This document shows positions 57,026-64,000 of a stretch of DNA of 64,000 nucleotides, piece by piece. A model generated the notes under the pieces. It searched no databases, was not told where the DNA came from, and saw only the letters and a list, made by a program, of their open reading frames with translations. Made by a program: the position numbers and the translations under genes. Position 1 is the first letter of the stretch, and every line of letters starts with the position of its first letter. Origin of the DNA: Octopus vulgaris (Eukaryota); NCBI GenBank assembly GCA_951406725.2, contig OX597833.1, forward strand, positions 17,422,001 to 17,486,000, read 5' to 3'.

Positions 57026-57272
57026 TATTAGTCCTGAAAGAAATTATTTTCGCCGGCCCAGGGTGTGAGTATTTGTGTGTCCCCGCAACCGACTTCACTA
57101 TAAACGTTAATGAGAAAGCGCATTATTATAACATTCTCCTTTGAATGAATCGATTCCATTAAAAATTAATTTCATTTTAATTCATAAAACAACACACTTG
57201 GGACAGTAGAGATTATATTAATTACTGTTTAATATTCTTCACACGACTAAAAGTAATTAAAATCTTATTTAC

Positions 57273-59435
57273 TAATTAATATTGATTTCAAATGTTGGTA
57301 TCAAACACGCAATTTCGGGGATGGGGTAAGTCGCTGAAAGGGTTCTTATTTTTATAATCCCCGAAAGGATGAAAGACAAAGTCGACCTCGGCAGAATTTG
57401 AACTCAGAGCGTGAAGACGGACAAAATATCGCTAAACATTTTGCTCGGCGTGCTAACGATTCTGCCATCTCGCCACCTTACACCCTTTTAATTAATATTG
57501 ATTTCAAATTTTGGTATCAAACACGCAATTTCGGGGATGGAGTAAGTCGCTGAAAGGGTTCTTATTTTTATAATCCCCGAAAGGATGAAAGACAAAGTCG
57601 ACCTCGGCAGAATTTGAACTCAGAGCGTGAAGACGGACAAAATATCGCTAAACATTTTGCTCGGCGTGCTAACGATTCTGCCATCTCGCCACCTTACACC
57701 CTTTTAATTAATATTGATTTCAAATTTTGGTATCAAACACGCAATTTCGGGGATGGGGTAAGTCGCTGAAAGGGTTCTTATTTTTATAATCCCCGAAAGG
57801 ATGAAAGACAAAGTCGACCTCGGCAGAATTTGAACTCAGAGCGTGAAGACGGACAAAATATCGCTAAACATTTTGCTCGGCGTGCTAACGATTCTGCCAT
57901 CTCGCCACCTTACACCCTTTTAATTAATATTGATTTCAAATTTTGGTATCAAACACGCAATTTCGGGGATGGGGTAAGTCGCTGAAAGGGTTCTTATTTT
58001 TATAATCCCCGAAAGGATGAAAGACAAAGTCGACCTCGGCAGAATTTGAACTCAGAGCGTGAAGACGGACAAAATATCGCTAAACATGTTGCCCGGCGTG
58101 CTAACGATTCTGCCATCTCGCCACCTTACACCCTTTTAATTAATATTGATTTCAAATTTTGGTATCAAACACGCAATTTCGGGGATGGGGTAAGTCGCTG
58201 AAAGGGTTCTTATTTTTATAATCTCCGAAAGGATGAAAGACAAAGTCGACCTCGGCAGAATTTGAACTCAGAGCGTGAAGACGGACAAAATATCGCTAAA
58301 CATGTTGCCCGGCGTGCTAACGATTCTGCCATCTCGCCACCTTACACCCTTTTAATTAATATTGATTTCAAATTTTGGTATCAAACACGCAATTTCGGGG
58401 ATGGAGTAAGTCGCTGAAAGGGTTCTTATTTTTATAATCCCCGAAAGGATGAAAGACAAAGTCGACCTCGGCAGAATTTGAACTCAGAGCGTGAAGACGG
58501 ACAAAATATCGCTAAACATGTTGCCCGGCGTGCTAACGATTCTGCCATCTCGCCACCTTACACCCTTTTAATTAATATTGATTTCAAATTTTGGTATCAA
58601 ACACGCAATTTCGGGGATGGAGTAAGTCGCTGAAAGGGTTCTTATTTTTATAATCTCCGAAAGGATGAAAGACAAAGTCGACCTCGGCAGAATTTGAACT
58701 CAGAGCGTGAAGACGGACAAAATATCGCTAAACATGTTGCCCGGCGTGCTAACGATTCTGCCATCTCGCCACCTTACACCCTTTTAATTAATATTGATTT
58801 CAAATTTTGGTATCAAACACGCAATTTCGGGGATGGAGTAAGTCGCTGAAAGGGTTCTTATTTTTATAATCCCCGAAAGGATGAAAGACAAAGTCGACCT
58901 CGGCAGAATTTGAACTCAGAGCGTGAAGACGGACAAAATATCGCTAAACATGTTGCCCGGCGTGCTAACGATTCTGCCATCTCGCCACCTTACACCCTTT
59001 TAATTAATATTGATTTCAAATTTTGGTATCAAACACGCAATTTCGGGGATGGAGTAAGTCGCTGAAAGGGTTCTTATTTTTATAATCCCCGAAAGGATGA
59101 AAGACAAAGTCGACCTCGGCAGAATTTGAACTCAGAGCGTGAAGACGGACAAAATATCGCTAAACATGTTGCCCGGCGTGCTAACGATTCTGCCATCTCG
59201 CCACCTTACACCCTTTTAATTAATATTGATTTCAAATTTTGGTATCAAACACGCAATTTCGGGGATGGGGTAAGTCGCTGAAAGGGTTCTTATTTTTATA
59301 ATCTCCGAAAGGATGAAAGACAAAGTCGACCTCGGCAGAATTTGAACTCAGAACGTGAAGACGGACAGAATGTCGCTAAACATTTTGCCCGGCGTGCTAA
59401 CGATTCTGCCGGCTCGCCACATTACACGCTTTTAA
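57273..59435 (-). repeat. Tandem array of 10 x 216-bp units derived from a group A SINE
   Basis: CCGAAAGGATGAAAGAC occurs at 57361, 57577 and onward to 59305 (period 216). A more ancestral-looking unit follows at 59440-59670. Confidence 0.96.
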
Positions 59436-60219
59436 TTTATAGTGATTTCAAATTTTGGCACAAGGCCAGCAAGTTCGGGGGAGGGGTTAAGTCGATTACA
59501 TCGACCCCCAGTGTTCCACTGATCCTTATTTTATCGACCCAAAAAGAATGAAAGGCAAAGTCGTCCGTGGCGGAATTTGAACTCAGAACGTAAAGACAGA
59601 CGAAATGCCACTAAGCATTTGGCCCGGCGAGTAAACGATTCTAGCAACTCCTTACCTTAAGCTTTTAATTAATACTAACCAGTAAAATAAGGGAGCAAGC
59701 TAGCAGAGCTGTTAGCATGTGGGGTAAAATGCTTAGCGGCATTTCGTCCGTCTTTACGTTCTGGGTTCAAATTCTGCCAAAGTCGACTTAGCTTTTCATC
59801 CCTTTGGGGGGGGCGTTAAAATAAGCACCAGTTCAATACTGGGATCGATGTAATCGACTTAACCACGAAATTGCTGACCTTGGGCCAAAATGTAAAACAA
59901 ATATCAATTATAAGATTAAGGCGGTAAGCTGGCGAAATAGCTAAGCACGCCGCCTTAATCTTTGATGAAATAAGTACCAGTTGAGTACTGGGGTCGATGT
60001 AATCGTCTGGCCACTTCATCAGTAGAAAGGAATATTAATTTTAAGAGTGCTAATCTGTGTTTAGCATTGCTAGTATGGTCAAGAAACTCACTTTGCAACG
60101 ACCTGGTTTCGGGTTCAGTCCCACTGCGTGGCACCTTGAGTAAGTATCTTCTGCATTAGCCTCAGACTAACGAATGCCTTGTGATTGAATTTGACAGATG
60201 GAGTCTATGCAGAAGCCTA

Positions 60220-60305
<86 letters not shown>

Positions 60306-60646
60306 ACATAATGCAATATATGAAGGTAAAGTAGAAAGCATTTTAGGATAACAACTCTCAAATAATTGCCAATATGTTTAAGGCCCACCAAAATTGTAGC
60401 CGGTCATTTCAAGTTACTGACTATCTTTCCTTGTCTGTTTCTTCCACACATAACCAATTTTGAGATTCTTTTAAATATAAAGAGAAGAAATTCTTCATCA
60501 TGCGAGTAGGAGACGTTTCGGTACAGCCGTTTTGGCGCCGCTTATTTGGCGTCGCTGATTCGATACTGACTTATTTAACCTCAGACATTTTAATATCAAT
60601 CTCATTTTAATATTTTTTATTTCCTCCTCTCTCTTTCTCTTTCTGC

Positions 60647-60694
<48 letters not shown>

Positions 60695-60908
60695 ATGTGT
60701 GTGAACACATTTTTCTTTATGTGTATCAAGAATAGGCATGTGTTTATGTCATTCGTGCTCAATTAATAAATAGTAATCTCTCTCTTTTTGTCTCTCACTC
60801 ATCTTCCTATATTTTTATGCGGACATGTGTATGCATGTTCCTCTGTGTGTGTGTGCGTTTGCCTTCAGTGCCAAAACGTACTGTCATCAAAACAGGCTCA
60901 ATGTACAG

Positions 60909-61287
60909 TCAGCCATGCCAAATCGTCAGCGCCCAAACACCTGCGCCTAATAGACTCATTCCGTGTTTATGCATGATACGTCTTCTCCGACAGAATCGAA
61001 TGCTTGATCGTCTTCTCCAACAGAATCGGAATGTTATGAAGATGTCAGCCGTGCCAAATCGTCAGCGCCCAAACACCTGCGCCCAAAAGACTCATTCCGT
61101 GTTTATGCATGATACGTCTTCTCCAACAGAATCGAATGCTTGATAGTCTTCTTCAACAGAATCGGAATGTTATGAAGATGTCAGCCGTGCCAAATCGTCA
61201 GCGCCCAAACACCTGCGCCCAATAGACTCATTCCGTGTTGATGCTTGATACGTCTTCTCCAACAGAATTGGGTCGTTATGAAGATGT
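60909..61287. repeat. 136-bp tandem repeat, about 2.8 copies, possibly a duplicated DNA-transposon subterminal region
   Basis: TCAGCC(A/G)TGCCAAATCGTCAGCGCCCAAACACCTGCGCC at 60909, 61045 and 61181. Inverse-like TTTTGGCGCCG motifs occur at 60520-60560. Confidence 0.85.
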
Positions 61288-62085
61288 ATATTTTGACACA
61301 CGCCTTGACTGCAGACGTATGCTTCACCCTTACTCCCTACTGCAAATATAATTCCCCTCTTTAGTTCCTTCAACCTCCTATTAAGAATCACCTTTCTTTC
61401 TCAGCCACCTCCTTTCCGCCTTCTGTCTCCAGATGTAATGCTACTTTAAACCTTTACACAATTTCTACACAGACACATATTAACACACATTGTTACAACT
61501 AAATACATCACTCTCATTTTTAAACTGAAACAATACGAAAATATTTTCCTTTCGTATTTTTCTTAATGTCTGTGTATTTACGTTTATACGTATATTTATA
61601 TCCTCACCACACTTATATCCTCGCTGTACCTTTAAAGCCTTCTCACAGGTCCCTTATTTGAGTCAGTTATGGGTTTCTGTTTAACGCATCGCAATCGTTT
61701 CCTCCCACACTTGTTACTTTGGCCACAGGGAATCAATCGAAAAAGCTGTTAGATAAACTAAACTCAAACTCGGAATCTCAGACAACGGTATTTTATGTCA
61801 ATAGCAGAGATGTTACAATGTAAACATTTACGAAAATATCAGCTCTCGAGACAGGAATATTTTTATGAACAACCTAACCATCCATCTTCTCCGCCTACTT
61901 TTCTCAGGAAGGTCGTTGGTGTGATGACCACAGGTACCTCTTCCATAAGGTCTTAAGAGCAGTAACTGTCATCAGGCTTTTTGGCCGAATTCACAAGAGT
62001 GACCAACTGAGAAAGTAAATGTTTACGAACTGTCTCATTCATTATTTACATTCGACGGATATTTGTCATCATCTTGTTTGTTGTT

Positions 62086-62131
62086 AACACAACGTTTCGG
62101 CTGATATACCTTCCAGCCTTCATCAGGTGTC
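62086..62131 (-). ncRNA. Canonical minimal type-I hammerhead ribozyme
   Basis: GACAC-CTGATGA-A-GGCTG-GAAGGTATAT-CAGCC-GAAAC-GTT-GTGTT. Confidence 0.82.
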
Positions 62132-62189
62132 TTGGGGAAATTTCGAACGTGGGTTCTCATTCCTAAAGTATTTTTCGATGCTGTTGTTG

Positions 62190-62238
<49 letters not shown>

Positions 62239-62285
62239 TGTTGTTGTTGTTGTTGTTGTTGTTCAAGTCACTGCTTGGAGCCCAC

Positions 62286-62362
62286 GGGCATATGGCGTAG
62301 TGGTTAAGAGCGCGAGCTACTAACCCCAAGATTCTGAGGTCGATTCCAAGCAGTGACCTGAA
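62286..62362 (+). mobile_element. tRNA-derived head followed by (AAC)n/(AAT)n
   Basis: GGGCATATGGCGTAGTGGTTAAGAGCG..CTACTAA..GAGGTCGATTCC shows A and B boxes. Its 3' 18 bp are inverted at 62262-62279. Confidence 0.78.
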
Positions 62363-62430
62363 ACAACAACAACAACAATAATAATACTAATAATAATAAT
62401 TATTATTATTATTATCATTATTATTATTAA

Positions 62431-62483
<53 letters not shown>

Positions 62484-62590
62484 TATTATAATTATTATTA
62501 TTATCATCATCATCATCATTATTATTATTATTATTATCATTATTATTATTAACATTATTATTATTATCATCATCATCATCATCATCATCA

Positions 62591-62634
<44 letters not shown>

Positions 62635-63045
62635 GATAATTTTCCCCGTCTTGTTTGCATTTCATATTTTCCCTTCATACTGTCAGTTCGTTTCTCTCAC
62701 CATCTCACACACACATACACCACAAAGCATATACACAGCCGTCTACTTGGTTGTTTCAATTCATCAAACACCACAAGACCGGCAGCAATAGGGTTTGATG
62801 GAGAGAGAGAGAGAGAGACCAGATACTTATAGTTTTCCCAAATATTTTCATTCAATATATTCATGCGCGCGCAAACGCCAACATAGCTGTACAGGGGTAT
62901 ATATATTCTCTGTAATTAACCTGACGCCGAAAGTAAAAGTAGATTTGCGAAGAGTGTGATCTCCCGGGTCTTTCAGCTGGGGTTATTTCAACTACTTCTT
63001 ATGACCTGAGCAGACGAAAAGATGTCGAGACATACAGAAATGTAC

Positions 63046-63088
<43 letters not shown>

Positions 63089-63137
63089 ATGTATGTATGT
63101 ATGTATATATATGTATGTATGTATATATATGTATATA

Positions 63138-63185
<48 letters not shown>

Positions 63186-63492
63186 CAAATATATGAATAC
63201 ACATATATTACATATATATGTGCATAAATATGCATATATATAGATAGATATGTATATATATGCATATATTTCTGTATATATATATGTATATATATACACA
63301 TAAATATATGCATATGTATATATATTTATATACACATACATGCAGAGAGAAATATATGCATATATACACATAACTATCTATATATATATATATATGTGTG
63401 TGTGTCTGTGTGTCTGTGTGTCTGTGTATAAATATACATATGCATATTTATAAACATATATATGTGTATTCATATATTTGTATATGTGTATC

Positions 63493-63533
<41 letters not shown>

Positions 63534-63587
63534 ACATAGGCATGTGTATATATTTATATATATGTATGTGTGTGTACGTATATGTAG

Positions 63588-63639
<52 letters not shown>

Positions 63640-63888
63640 ATGCGTGTGCACATACGCAAAAACATGCAGGCATACTAATAAGCAAGCATATACGGAGATG
63701 AGAGCAACAAAAGAAGGGAGGAAGGAAGGAAGGAAGGAAAGAAAGAAAGAAAGAAAGAAAGAAAGAAGGAAGGAAGGAAGAAAGAAAGAAAGAAGGAAGG
63801 AAAGAAGGAAGGCTATTTATCACGCAACTCGAGTTTCACTTCACTGCGAGTATATTTAGCATCAAAATGGAATGTTATTACTTTTCAG

Positions 63889-64000
63889 GTACAGGAAGTT
63901 TTCTACCAACAGAAGCCAGAGTTCTTTCAACGAGAATTCAAAAGACAAATGACATTATCGTCAGCTTCGGTGGCGGATTGTTGTCATCTGGTTAAAAAAT
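63889..64000 (+). other. Possible exon running off the window edge
   Basis: TTATTACTTTTCAG|G acceptor-like site followed by non-repetitive sequence with one frame open to the end (VQEVFYQQKPEFFQREFKRQMTLSSASVADCCHLVKK). No protein recognised. Confidence 0.3.

Noticed and set aside
57273-59435. CRISPR-like regular array
   Set aside because: Units are near-identical along their full 216 bp with no unique spacers. The sequence is SINE-derived and eukaryotic, with no cas genes.
62286-62358. Functional tRNA gene
   Set aside because: The acceptor and anticodon stems pair poorly and it runs into (AAC)n, so it is interpreted as a SINE head.

Overview
AT-rich eukaryotic, almost entirely repeat-derived DNA (intronic or intergenic). 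The SINE families and the extreme (TA)n/(CA)n/(TATG)n/(ATT)n load suggest an octopus or other coleoid cephalopod genome, which is an inference. No intact protein-coding gene is evident, and nearly all listed ORFs are microsatellite or SINE read-throughs. The window holds three abundant tRNA-derived SINE groups, decayed LINEs (R4/Dong-like, RTE, Tx1-like, CR1-like), Helitron/Helentron non-autonomous elements, a MITE, a 216-bp SINE-derived tandem array and one Penelope-like (PLE) GIY-YIG fragment. The most notable hidden structure is a large set of short elements sitting in (TA)n tracts. They share a 'foldback palindrome + unpaired tail' architecture, and many carry minimal type-I hammerhead ribozymes (HHRs). 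Several unrelated families show compensatory U3-A8 (possibly also G3-C8) core swaps. Also present are a 361-bp head-to-tail HHR unit, an old ~317-bp HHR-like tandem repeat and a tRNA-headed element with a canonical HHR. All folds and alignments were done by eye, and coordinates may be off by a few bases.
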